In this document: piece after piece, positions 9,206 through 18,316 of the stretch | How the letters are laid out: every line of letters starts with the position of its first letter | Numbering within the stretch: position 1 is the first letter of the stretch | NCBI GenBank assembly: GCA_963841435.1 | Contig: CAWJCS010000005.1 | Location: 864,001-928,000, forward strand | Source of the DNA: an uncultured delta proteobacterium | GTDB lineage: Bacteria; Myxococcota_A; Polyangia; Polyangiales; Polyangiaceae | Reading direction: 5' to 3' | DNA: 64,000 nucleotides | Notes under the pieces: model-generated | Database searches by the model: none | What the model was told of the DNA's origin: nothing | The model's input: the letters and a program-made list of their open reading frames with translations, nothing else | Translations under genes and position numbers: made by a program

Positions 9206-10081
9206 GTGAAGTACGCGTTCATCCTGGCGGAGAAGGCGAACTACCCGGTCACGATGCTGTGCTCGGTTCTCGGCGTTTCGCGCAGCGGCCTGCACGCATG
9301 GCGCAGGCGCGCACCGTCGCGGCGCGCACGCTCCAACGCCCGGCTCGCAGCCGAGGTGGCGGCCGTGCACAAGCGCAGCCGCAACGCCTACGGCAGCCCT
9401 CGGGTGCACCGAGAGCTCAAAGCTCGCGGCTTGCGCGTCGGCAAGAAGCGGGTCGAGCGCCTGATGCGAGAAAACGGCATCCAGGGCCGCTCCAAGCGCC
9501 GTTTCAAGCGCACCACCGACTCGCGACACGACAACCCGATCGCCCCGAATCTGCTCGCGCGTCGGTTCGACGTTGGCGAGCTGAACCGCGCGTGGGTGAC
9601 GGACGTGACCGCCATCGCAACCGACGAGGGCTGGCTCTACCTCGCGCCAATGCTCGACCTGTGCTCGCGGCGCGTGCTCGCTTGGGCGGCGAGCGAGCAC
9701 AACGACACGGCTCTCGCGCTCGAGGTGCTGCGCGAAGCGATCTGGCGGCGCCGCCCGCCTCGCGGGTTCCTTCACCACTCCGACCGCGGCAGCCCCTACG
9801 CGAGCGACGACTACCGCGCGGAGCTGCGTGCCTACGGGGCGTGCCAGAGCATGAGCCGCAAGGGCGATTGCTGGGACAACGCGGTCGCCGAGAGCTTCTT
9901 CGCCACGCTGCGAGCCGAGCTCGTCGACCACGTGCGGTTCGTCACCCGCGCGGAAGCGATGCGCGCCATCGGCGACTACATCGACAACTTCTACAACGTC
10001 GAGCGACGCCACTCGCACCTCGACTACCTCAGTCCCCTCGAGTTCGAATTGCGATCACAAGTTCAGCAACGTGTGGCATAG
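9206..10081 (+). CDS. IS3 family transposase OrfB
   Basis: WVTDVT, HHSDRGSPY, GDCWDNAVAESFF. Confidence 0.95.
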   Translation: MKYAFILAEKANYPVTMLCSVLGVSRSGLHAWRRRAPSRRARSNARLAAEVAAVHKRSRNAYGSPRVHRELKARGLRVGKKRVERLMRENGIQGRSKRRFKRTTDSRHDNPIAPNLLARRFDVGELNRAWVTDVTAIATDEGWLYLAPMLDLCSRRVLAWAASEHNDTALALEVLREAIWRRRPPRGFLHHSDRGSPYASDDYRAELRAYGACQSMSRKGDCWDNAVAESFFATLRAELVDHVRFVTRAEAMRAIGDYIDNFYNVERRHSHLDYLSPLEFELRSQVQQRVA

Positions 10082-10220
10082 TCATGCTGTCCACGGAAGC
10101 GGAACGGAAGCGGGGGAGCTTCACCCCTCTCCCTCCCGCGCTCGCGGGCAAATCGCAACAAGAACAGCGCCAGCGAGCTTGCCACGATCGCGAGCGCGAC
10201 CCGCCGTCGCCACCCGCGCC

Positions 10221-10787
10221 TCATGGCTGGTAGGTACTCGAACGCTCGGCTGCATGCAAATGATGGCTCTTCAGCTTTTCGCCATCGCGTGCTCGCACCA
10301 CGTCCTTGACCCACCTGAGGCTCGCGTTGCTCAGCGCCCCGACCCCGGCGCCGCCCACGAAGAGCGCCGACGGCGTCGGCAGCTGATGCTCCGGATCACG
10401 GAGGCGCTCGGACGGCCGGGAGGGGCGGGGCGAGGGATTGCCGGGGTTGTTCGCGAAGGACCCGCACTCCGGCGGCAGCTCGCCGAGCGTTGGCCCAGGG
10501 GTGACGCTGACCGTCCCCGCGCTGCCGGCATTACCGGCGCCGCCGCCCGCGAATCCGCCGCCCGCGGAACCACCCGTAGCGCCCGCGGCTCCGCCGACGC
10601 CCGCTCCAGCGAGACCTCCGCCACCGATGCCGCCTGTGCCCGCGCCGCCAGTGCCGCCAAACCCTGCGGTTTGCCCCCCGCTCCCTCCCCCGGGCACGAA
10701 ATCCGGATCGTCAGCGGGCAACGGCTCGGTGCGACCACAGCCGAGCACGGAAACGAGCACGAGGACGGCGGTCCGAACGCCGCGCAC
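10221..10787 (-). CDS. Gly-rich putative lipoprotein; C-terminus probably chimeric
   Basis: VLVLVSVLGC lipobox followed by a G/A/T-rich linker. Confidence 0.45.
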   Translation of the reverse strand: MRGVRTAVLVLVSVLGCGRTEPLPADDPDFVPGGGSGGQTAGFGGTGGAGTGGIGGGGLAGAGVGGAAGATGGSAGGGFAGGGAGNAGSAGTVSVTPGPTLGELPPECGSFANNPGNPSPRPSRPSERLRDPEHQLPTPSALFVGGAGVGALSNASLRWVKDVVRARDGEKLKSHHLHAAERSSTYQP

Positions 10788-10881
10788 CTGCGCCAAGGTG
10801 TGCCAAGAGCGCGCACGTTCGCCCATCACAATCGACCGAGCAATGTGCCGGCGAGGGCCGTGTGCCGGAGGCGCCGCAGGG

Positions 10882-11513
10882 CTACGGCGGGTTGCCGCCC
10901 TCGGCGGGTGCGCCGCCGTATTCCGGCATCCCGCCTCCGTTGTCGTCGAGCCCGCCCTGCCCGCTCTCGCTTCCGCCGTTCGGCATCGAGCCGCCAATCG
11001 GCGCCGCGCCACCGTACATGGGCATGGCCCCACCCTGATCGCCGACGCGCCCCGCGTCCCCGCCGTTGCCACCCAGCGCGCCACTGCCAGCGCTCCCGCC
11101 TGCCGTCACGCCAGCGCTCCCGCCTGCCGTCACGCCAGCGCTCCCGCCTGCCGTCACGCCAGCGCTCCCGCCTGCCGTCGTTCCAGCACTTCCACCGCGT
11201 GCGGCTCCCGCCGTGCCGCCGGCCCCGCCCGTGTTGGTGGAGCCGCCAGCCCCCGTCCCGGCGCTGCCGGCCGGCAACGTCCCCGCCGTGCCGCCATTCG
11301 AGCCCGACGTCGAGCTTTCCCCGCTGCAAGCGCCGCCGAGTGTCCCGACTAGTGAGGCCCCGAACGCGAACGTGGCCGCTCGCCCGAGTCGCTTCTTCGG
11401 CAACCGCGGGGGCGGCACCTCAGAAAATCGACCGCCACGCCACAAAACGGACAGGCTGTCTCGTGAACGGCGACGTGCCGCCGACATTCAGGGCAAGGAA
11501 TCAATTGAATCAT
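10882..11513 (-). CDS. Putative rSAM substrate: Zn-ribbon leader, lipobox, Gly-rich linker, two XYG motifs (1-bp frameshift at ~11424)
   Basis: ATG at 11513 with GAGGA RBS just after the rSAM stop: MIQLIPCPECRRHVAVHETACPFCG...; one extra base in the A4 run joins it to ...RLGRAATFAFGASLVGTLGGAC...MPMYGGAAP...MPEYGGAPA. Confidence 0.75.
11086..11179. repeat. 24-bp tandem repeat, ~4 copies, encoding GGSAGVTA
   Basis: CCAGCGCTCCCGCCTGCCGTCACG repeated. Confidence 0.9.
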
Positions 11514-11528
11514 CGTCTTCTTTCCTCG

Positions 11529-12818
11529 TCACGTAACATCACCACCGCTTAGCTCCTCCACCACGAGCTCGAACCGACCGAAATCGAAAGGCAACCCTGG
11601 CGCCGCTTCCACGGGCTGGAGCCGCTCGCGTTTCCCCTGCCGCTCGAGCTCGAGAGCTCGATGGTGGCAATAGGGGTTGTTGCCGGCCTTGCCGAACAGC
11701 ACGAACAACGTCCAAGTGCAGCCAGCACGGCACACGGAAGCGTAGTAGCAGGTGCGACATAGCCCCCACAGGTCGTCCACGGTGCGATCACGCGTGTAGC
11801 GGAGCGGAGCCGCGCGCTCCCAGATGTCCTTGAGCGAAGCGTCGCGCACGTTGCCACCGATCCAGGAGGCACTCGGGAGCGACGGGCAGCCCTTGATACT
11901 CCCGTCCGCCTCGATGCCGAGCGTGGAGCGGCCCGCTCCACAGGAGGCCAGGTGCCCCCTCGGCAGGGTGCCACGAAGCACTGTTTCGTAGGGTCCGAAG
12001 TAACCGACGTTGTTACCGGGCCACAGGCGCACGCCGAGAGCCTTTGCCCGCTTCGCGATGTCACCGAGCGTCGGAAACAGCGTCAGCATGTCGTACGGTT
12101 GAAGCAGCACGTCCGGCTCGTCGGCAGCGCGCCCCATCGCCACGGTGAGCTGGATCTGCCAGCTGTGGCAGCCCTCGCGCCCGATGAGCTCCAGTAGCTC
12201 CGGCAGCTCCGGCAGGCTCAGTCGATTGATCTGGGTGTTGCAGGCCACCTGTACGCCGGCATCGCGAAAGTGTCGGAGCGCGGCCAGAGCGGAGTCGAAC
12301 GAGCCGGAAACGCCTCGCAGCCGATCGTGCGTTTCGGCGAGGCCGTCGAGCGAGACGCTGACGCTGCGGAGCCCTGCGTTCCTCGCCTGCGCCGCGAGCT
12401 CCGGCGTGACGCCGCGGCCTCCCGTCGTCAGCGTCGAGGTCATGCCGTGTCGTGCGATGGCTAGGACGATCTCGGTCCAATCTTCCCGCAAATATGCTTC
12501 ACCGCCGATTAGCGTGACCTCGGACACGCCGAGCTCGGCCATCTGACGGACCAGGTCGAGACATTCGGCCGTGTCGAGCTCGTCGGGACGCGCGTGACCG
12601 GCTCGCGAGCCGCAGTGTCGGCACGCAAGATTGCAGGCGAGCGTGATCTCCCAAACCGCGTACGTCGGAGTCCAACGCCGATCCCTTTCGCGTGCCTCCG
12701 CCGCGAGAGGCAGGTTGCGGCGCGGCGCCGGCGCCTTGGGGGCGATGGGAAGCGACCGCGGTCGCTGCGCCTCGAGCAATGCACGGCGCTCCTTCGAAAT
12801 CGAACCGTCACCCGCCAT
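11529..12818 (-). CDS. Radical SAM/SPASM peptide maturase, PlpX-like
   Basis: YAVWEITLACNLACRHCGSRAG (CxxxCxxC); SPASM CGAG..LGIEADGSIKGCPSL...CRTCYYASVCRAGC; GNNPYCHHRAL; PFDFGRFEL. Confidence 0.9.
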   Translation of the reverse strand: MAGDGSISKERRALLEAQRPRSLPIAPKAPAPRRNLPLAAEARERDRRWTPTYAVWEITLACNLACRHCGSRAGHARPDELDTAECLDLVRQMAELGVSEVTLIGGEAYLREDWTEIVLAIARHGMTSTLTTGGRGVTPELAAQARNAGLRSVSVSLDGLAETHDRLRGVSGSFDSALAALRHFRDAGVQVACNTQINRLSLPELPELLELIGREGCHSWQIQLTVAMGRAADEPDVLLQPYDMLTLFPTLGDIAKRAKALGVRLWPGNNVGYFGPYETVLRGTLPRGHLASCGAGRSTLGIEADGSIKGCPSLPSASWIGGNVRDASLKDIWERAAPLRYTRDRTVDDLWGLCRTCYYASVCRAGCTWTLFVLFGKAGNNPYCHHRALELERQGKRERLQPVEAAPGLPFDFGRFELVVEELSGGDVT

Positions 12819-12984
12819 CCCGAGCCGTTGTTAGCACCTGGCGGCCACCGTGGCCAGGCGCCGGCAGCTTCGCCATCGGGCGCTCGATTCAGATTGAAAC
12901 GACGAGAAGCGTCAAGTTGATGGGCCCGCACGGGGTCCTGGCTCGTTCGAAGTTCGATCACTCGGCAATCTCGGTGTCCTGCGC

Positions 12985-13355
12985 CAAGGTGAAACGAACT
13001 GGGAAAATCGTGCTGAGGGACGGCAGCGAGCCGGGGTAGCGGGCCCCTGAAGGCCGGAGATTGGGGCAGCCGACGGGCGGCGCACTGCTCAGCGGCGGGG
13101 TGTCGGCTGTTCGGAGCTCTCGCGAGCCGGGAGGGGCGCACACGCTCGCCGGAGGCGAGCCGGAAGGGGGAACCGGCTCAGCGCGTGAACGGCAACGCGA
13201 GCTGCCCGAGCGGGGGCGGCTTGGGTGCCGGACGTGGTCGCGGCGCGAGCCCCAGCCGGGCGAGCAGGTCGCGAGCCGAGTCGGCGGTGGCAGCCGCCTC
13301 GACCCAGCGCATCGCGCCGCCGCAGCGGGGGCACGTATCAAGGTCGGGGTCCGCC
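12985..13355 (-). mobile_element. IS91-family remnant: transposase C-terminus plus ori-like end
   Basis: DLDTCPRCGGAMRWVE...LARLGLAPRP..PPPLGQLALPF*; end TTTTCCCAGTTCGTTTCACCTTG. Confidence 0.75.
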
Positions 13356-13364
13356 GCTGCCGAG

Positions 13365-14084
13365 AGAGCCGAGCCCCGCGCCGACGACCCGGTCGCCGAC
13401 CACCGGGGCGTCAACGTGCACGCCAAGCAGTCCGTCGACGGCCGCGACCGACGACAGCTCGAGCGGCTGTGCCGCTACATCACCCGGCCGCCGATTGCAC
13501 AGGACCGGCTCGCTCGCCTGCCCGCCGGCTCGCTCGAGCTCCGCCTCAAGCACCCGTGGAAGGACGGCACGCGCGCCGTCGTGCTCGAGCCGGATGATCT
13601 CTTGGTCCGGCTCGTCGCCTCGGTGCCCCCGCCGCGCTGGCATTTACTTCGGTACTTTGGCGTCATCTCGAGCCATTCGCGACTGCGCTCAGAAGTGGTC
13701 CCGCATTCGCCCGCTGATCCAAGTGCCACCGCGCCGCCGCCTGCTCCGGGCGATCAGCTCGAGCTCGCGCTCGATGCCGAGGCGGCTCGCAAGCTGCTCG
13801 CGCGCCTTGGGCTCGGTCCGCGTCCGCCGCCGGCACCCAACCCACCGCCGCTCGGGCAGCTCGCGCTGCCGTTCCCGCGGTGAGCCGGCCCAATCCGGCT
13901 TCGCCTTGGCCGAGCGTGCGTGCGCTTGCCGCCCCAAGACCCGAAAAGCCGGCCCTCTTCCGCTCCCCCTCCTGCTCTTTTGCCCTCTCGCCCCTCTCGC
14001 CTCCCCACCGCGGCGGGGTCAGGCGTCACCCACCAAAGCCTCCGCCCGCCCCTCACCCTCGTTTTCCCAGTTCGAATGCCCTTG
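13365..14084 (+). mobile_element. IS91-family remnant: Y2 transposase C-terminal part (internally deleted) plus ori-like end
   Basis: GVNVHA...DRRQLERLCRYITRPPIAQDRL...LKHPWKDGT...HLLRYFGV; end TTTTCCCAGTTCGAATGCCCTTG. Confidence 0.85.
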
Positions 14085-14094
14085 GCGCCGCGGC

Positions 14095-14186
14095 CAGCGG
14101 TCCGGCCCGCAGGCTGGATCGCATATTCCGCGATCCGTAAAGTCCAGCACGCCATCCACCGCGACGGATGCGTTTGCTTCGCCTAT
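14095..14186 (+). mobile_element. 92-bp mini hairpin element, copy 1
   Basis: CAGCGGTCCGGCCCGCAGG...GCGTTTGCTTCGCCTAT; near-identical copies at 24365, 37921 and 49605. Confidence 0.8.
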
Positions 14187-14535
14187 CCCCCACCGACGAC
14201 GCCACTGGCCCGTGCGTTCCACGTGGGCAGTGCACTCGCGAGCGAACGCGGTCCGCTGACGAAAATGGCTCCCGCGCTGATCGCCTGACGCCAGCCGAGG
14301 CGGCCGACGTGCCACAGGGTGAACGGCTGCGAGCGCGCCCTGACCCGCAGATCCGGCTCGAATCCCGGCCGGGAGTAGCAGAGCTCGGCATCCCCTCGCT
14401 CGATCAAGAACCAGAAGCGCCGGTAGCTCGGCGGCTCCTCGGGAAACTCGAACTCGACCACCACCCGTCGGGCCGGGAGCTTGTCGCGCCGGAGGTGCAC
14501 ATGGACCCATGCCCAGAGGACGAACGACCCCGCGA
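14187..14535 (-). pseudogene. C-terminal (SCP2-like) fragment of an HxlR-type regulator
   Basis: LPARRVVVEFEF...FWFLIERGDAELC..PGFEPDL...GPRSLASALPTW; HTH missing. Confidence 0.7.
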
Positions 14536-14613
14536 TGCTGCAACACGGGTGGACCCGAGGCCAAGTACAGATTTTGTCCTTGATAGAAAGCCCCTCGCCC
14601 ATAGAGTCGGCCC

Positions 14614-15408
14614 ATGACTTCCGACGGTCAGGTCAATCGTGATGCCGCCTCGATCTACGAGGATTTCTTCGTAAAAGCCCTGTTTGCCGAGTGGGCTCCG
14701 AGAGTTGCGGACGCGCTGGAGCCCTACGCCGAGGGCCGCCTGCTCGACGTCGCGTGCGGGACGGGCGTACTCGCTCGGGAGCTTGCCCGCCGGGTGGGCC
14801 CGGGGCGCGTGTGCGGCCTCGACCGCAACGAGGGCATGCTGGCCGTCGGCCGGCGCCTCGTGCCGGACATCGACTGGCGAAACGGGCGCGCCGAGGAGCT
14901 GCCGTTCGCGTCCGGCGAGTGTGCGGCGGTCGGGAGCCAGTTCGGGCTGATGTTCTTCGAGGATCGCGCTCGGGCGCTACGCGAGATGTGGCGCGTGCTC
15001 GCGCCCGGAGGCCGGCTGGCGGTGGCCGTGTGGGGACCTCTTTCGGACACGCCGGGCTATCGCGCGATGGTCGACCTCTTGCGGTCCCTGTTCGGCAACG
15101 AGATCGCCGACGAGCTCACGGCGCCCTTCTGCCTGGGCGACGTCTCGCTGCTGCGAGACCTGCTGCACAGCGCAGATATCCCAGACCCCACGATCGAGAC
15201 CGTGGTCGGCACCGCGCGATTCCCCTCCATCGAGTCGTGGATTCACACCGACGTGAAGGGCTGGACGCTTGCTGACCGGATCGACGAGGAGCAGTACGAG
15301 CTGCTGAAGCGACGGGCGCCGGCAGCCCTTGCGGACCACGCCCTCGCCGACGGACGGGTGGAGTTCGCCAGCCCGGCGCACATCGTCTCCGCTCGGAAGG
15401 CACGCTGA
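14614..15408 (+). CDS. Class I SAM-dependent methyltransferase
   Basis: LLDVACGTG, QFGLMFFEDR, RVLAPGGRL. Confidence 0.9.
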   Translation: MTSDGQVNRDAASIYEDFFVKALFAEWAPRVADALEPYAEGRLLDVACGTGVLARELARRVGPGRVCGLDRNEGMLAVGRRLVPDIDWRNGRAEELPFASGECAAVGSQFGLMFFEDRARALREMWRVLAPGGRLAVAVWGPLSDTPGYRAMVDLLRSLFGNEIADELTAPFCLGDVSLLRDLLHSADIPDPTIETVVGTARFPSIESWIHTDVKGWTLADRIDEEQYELLKRRAPAALADHALADGRVEFASPAHIVSARKAR

Positions 15409-15461
15409 GCTCCAGGCACTACCCGTGGCTTGCCGTCGTCCCAGCGACGCCTCGAGCCAAC

Positions 15462-15479
15462 TCGTACTCTACTGTACGA
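15462..15479. promoter_or_regulatory. Palindromic operator TCGTAC-N6-GTACGA, putative TetR site
   Basis: Perfect 6-bp inverted repeat ~50 bp upstream of the tetR-family gene. Confidence 0.6.
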
Positions 15480-15529
15480 AAACGGTCAGAGCTGCTATCT
15501 CCTGGGCGCATACGAGCGCCGACTCGCCC

Positions 15530-16141
15530 ATGGCCAGCAAGACCCCATCGCCTCCTCGCCGTGCCGATGCCCGCCGGAACATCGAGATCATCGTCGCAGC
15601 CGCCGAGCGCCGCCTGGCCCGCGACCCCGACGCCAGCATGAGCGACATCGCCAGCGAGGCAGGCCTGGGGAGAATCACGATCTACGGTCACTTCAAGAAA
15701 CGGGCAGAGCTGGTCGAAGTCGTGGCCCGACGCGTGCTCACCGATGCCAATACGCTTCTAAGGGGCGTCAACCTGCGCGGCGGGCCCGCGCCCGCGCTCG
15801 CACGGCTCGTCCAAGCCTCCTGGGAGGTGACGGCGCGCTCCGGGAGCCTGGTCGTTGCCGCAGAGAGGGCGCTCTCGCCTCAGGTCTTGCGAGAGCTTCA
15901 CGCTGGAGAGCTCGAGGATCGAGTGCGGCGCTTCGTCGCGCGCGGCCAGCGCGAGCGCGCGTTTCGCTCCGACCTTTCGACGGATTGGCTCGTGGCGCTC
16001 TTCCACGCGACGTTGCACTCGGCCGTGAACGAGGTCCACGCCGGCAGGCTCGATGGCAACAGAGCCGCGGAGACCGTCACGCGTACCCTGCTCGGAGCCT
16101 ATCAACCGCCTTCGGAGTCTCGCGGTCGCGCACGTCGATGA
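15530..16141 (+). CDS. TetR/AcrR family regulator
   Basis: RRADARRN...SMSDIASEAGLGRITIYGHF. Confidence 0.9.
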   Translation: MASKTPSPPRRADARRNIEIIVAAAERRLARDPDASMSDIASEAGLGRITIYGHFKKRAELVEVVARRVLTDANTLLRGVNLRGGPAPALARLVQASWEVTARSGSLVVAAERALSPQVLRELHAGELEDRVRRFVARGQRERAFRSDLSTDWLVALFHATLHSAVNEVHAGRLDGNRAAETVTRTLLGAYQPPSESRGRARR

Positions 16142-16248
16142 GCGGGGGCGGTCCGCTGACGGAAGGCAGCGAGCATCGCAACCTATGGAACTTCAAGGAT
16201 AAATGCGTTGCCTCCCGGCGACGTTCGGCAGGGCGCACGCGACAGTTG

Positions 16249-16292
16249 TCATACACAACTGTACGAGTTATAAGATGTACTCAACTGTACGA
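16249..16292. promoter_or_regulatory. Two tandem operator copies (TCATAC/ATGTAC-N6-GTACGA)
   Basis: 16249-16266 and 16275-16292 match the palindrome at 15462; AT-rich region upstream of the 16361 gene. Confidence 0.6.
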
Positions 16293-16360
16293 GATGCTGC
16301 CGCGGGCCCCTTCCTACCCCAACACCTTGCCGGCCTGACCGGCACACAGGAGCACCAGCC

Positions 16361-16993
16361 ATGTCACTCCTCCGTGTCCATAACTTCTCGATCTCGCTCG
16401 ACGGCTTCGGCACGGGCGAAGGTCAGAGCCGCGACGCGCATTTCGGTCACGCCGGCGATCGACTGCACACGTGGATGTTCGCCACTCGATGGTGGGCCCG
16501 TGGCAAACCCGGCGGCAGCGGCGGCGTTGACGACGCCTTCACGCGGCAGTTCGAACCCGGAATCGGCGCCGAGATCATGGGTGCCGGGAAGTTCGGACAT
16601 CCCGGATGGCACGATGACCCGAACTGGAAGGGCGCTTGGGGCCCCAACCCGCCCTTTCACACGCCTGTATTCGTACTGACGCATCACACGCAACCGTCGA
16701 TCGAGATGGAGGGCGGCACGACCTTCCACTTCCTCGACGCCTCGCCGGCCGACGCGCTCAAAGCGGCGCGCGAGGCGGCGGGAGGTGGTGACGTGCGTCT
16801 CGGCGGAGGCGCTACCACGATCCGTGAGTTCCTTATCGCAGGACTCGTCAACTACTTGCATGTCGTAGTGGTCCCAATCCTGCTCGGCCGGGGCGTGCGT
16901 CTTTGGGACGGGCTCGAGGGCCTCGAGAAAGAGTACAGGGTCGAAGCCACCTCCTCACCGAGCGGAGTCACGCACGTGACGTTCACGCGTTGA
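16361..16993 (+). CDS. Dihydrofolate reductase/RibD C-terminal family protein
   Basis: SISLDGF, WGPNPPFHTPVFVLTHH, DVRLGGGA, VPILLGRG. Confidence 0.9.
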   Translation: MSLLRVHNFSISLDGFGTGEGQSRDAHFGHAGDRLHTWMFATRWWARGKPGGSGGVDDAFTRQFEPGIGAEIMGAGKFGHPGWHDDPNWKGAWGPNPPFHTPVFVLTHHTQPSIEMEGGTTFHFLDASPADALKAAREAAGGGDVRLGGGATTIREFLIAGLVNYLHVVVVPILLGRGVRLWDGLEGLEKEYRVEATSSPSGVTHVTFTR

Positions 16994-17076
16994 GATGTGC
17001 GCCCGGCGGCGAGGCTAGCGGGGAAGCATCTGGGCTTACACGTGGGTCAGCGGCCTCTTGCCGCACGCAGTTGACA

Positions 17077-17490
17077 TCATGAGCCTGTCGCGATCTCGTC
17101 GTAGCCGCGCCCTTTGAACTCGAGCAGGCAGAAGCCGTGCCCAAACGGATCGGCGAGCAGTGCCAAGCGTCCCCAGGCGTGCTCGCGAATCCCACCCTCG
17201 CGCTTCGCACCTGCGGCCTCGGCACGCTGAACCGCGGCATCGAGGTCGGTGATCACGAAGTCGAGATGCACCGGCGTCCAGTGCCGGCCGTGGTCACGAG
17301 GCCGCGGCGCACCGGCGAACGGCGTGGAGTCGACGAGCTTGACCAGGAGGTATATCGGCACCTCGCCACCGCGTAGCTCGACGGCGCCCTCGCCGAACTG
17401 TCGCGCCACGTGCAGCTCGAACGCTTCCGTGTAGAAGCGGACACCTCGTTCGAGGTCATCAACGTCGATATTCACGAGCAGCCGCGTCAT
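17077..17490 (-). CDS. VOC/glyoxalase family protein
   Basis: MTRLLVNIDVDDL...WTPVHLDF...WGRLALLADPFGHGFCL. Confidence 0.88.
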   Translation of the reverse strand: MTRLLVNIDVDDLERGVRFYTEAFELHVARQFGEGAVELRGGEVPIYLLVKLVDSTPFAGAPRPRDHGRHWTPVHLDFVITDLDAAVQRAEAAGAKREGGIREHAWGRLALLADPFGHGFCLLEFKGRGYDEIATGS

Positions 17491-17521
17491 CTGCGCAGAT
17501 CCTACCACCGCGCGAGCTCGC

Positions 17522-17727
17522 CTACCCAGGGGCTCGGTGCCCTCGCTGAGAAGATCGACATACGGTGAGTACGCGAAGACACGGTTGCGAGCGTACCCGG
17601 TGAGCTCGCGGACGATGCCGAGCTTGGTCATGCGATCGAGGGCCGAGGCGACGGTCGGATAGGTCAGCCCAAGGCCCTGCTGCACCTCGCGGATCCCGGT
17701 GATCGGCTTTCTTTGAAGGTACTCGTG
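17522..17727 (-). pseudogene. C-terminal winged-helix fragment of a Fic-family protein
   Basis: LTYPTVASALDRMTKLGIVRELTGYARNRVFAYSPYVDLLSEGTEPL. Confidence 0.7.
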
Positions 17728-17729
17728 GG

Positions 17730-18204
17730 CGCGAGAGGGCCCGGCGGTCGCGCGCTCCTCTCGAAGCTCGCCGAGGCACTGTTCGTCGATACGCTGCGGC
17801 GGTATATGGCGCAGCTCCGCAAAGACGATCGGAGTTGGCTCGCCGCGGCGCGGGACCCGGCCGTCGGAGCCGCGCTCGCGTCGATGCACCGCTATCCATC
17901 GCGGGCGTGGACGGTGGCCGGGCTGGCGAAAGGGGCGGGCGTGTCGCGCACGGTGTTCGCCGATCGGTTCGTCGAGGCGCTCGGGCAGACGCCGCTCGCG
18001 TATCTCGCGCGCTGGCGGCTGTGGCTCGGAGCGACGCGGCTGCAGACCGGCGACGAGAGCGTGATGGAGGTCGCGCTCCAGGTTGGATACGAGTCGGAGG
18101 CGGCGTTCGACCGAGCCTTCAAGCGCGAGTTCGGGCTGCCGCCGGCGCGCTATCGGAAGCAGAAGCGCGCCGAGCTCCTCGACCATCAGCGCAAGCAGGC
18201 GTAG
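17730..18204 (+). pseudogene. AraC C-terminal half, paralogue of 1931-2923
   Basis: LLSKLAEALFVDTLRRY...WLAAARDPAVG...VGYESEAAFDRAFKR; cupin domain absent. Confidence 0.85.
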
Positions 18205-18316
18205 ATAACGTCGCGCAGGCGCAAAGTTGGCTCAAAAACCAGCTGGCTGTGCTGATGAGAAGCGCCGAAACGTGCGGCGTGAGGGCCGGGCATGCACCTT
18301 GTGACGCCGCTCGGCT

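Larger units (their letters stand above)
6118..10123 (+). mobile_element. IS3 family element interrupted by IS4 and IS30
   Basis: IRL TGATCTTCCCCCGGTTCCGT|GGACA, IRR TGTCCACGGAAGCGG..GGGAGCTTCA; orfA and orfB; A7G slippery site at 7942. Confidence 0.9.

Noticed and set aside
10071-11552. Long Pro/Arg-rich plus-strand ORFs
   Set aside because: They are antisense shadows of Gly-rich minus-strand genes in high-GC DNA; the same applies to most overlapping ORFs in the track.
17077-18186. 369-aa ORF as a single fusion protein
   Set aside because: It is a chance in-frame join of antisense AraC, a Fic tail and a separate VOC gene with its own ATG at 17490.
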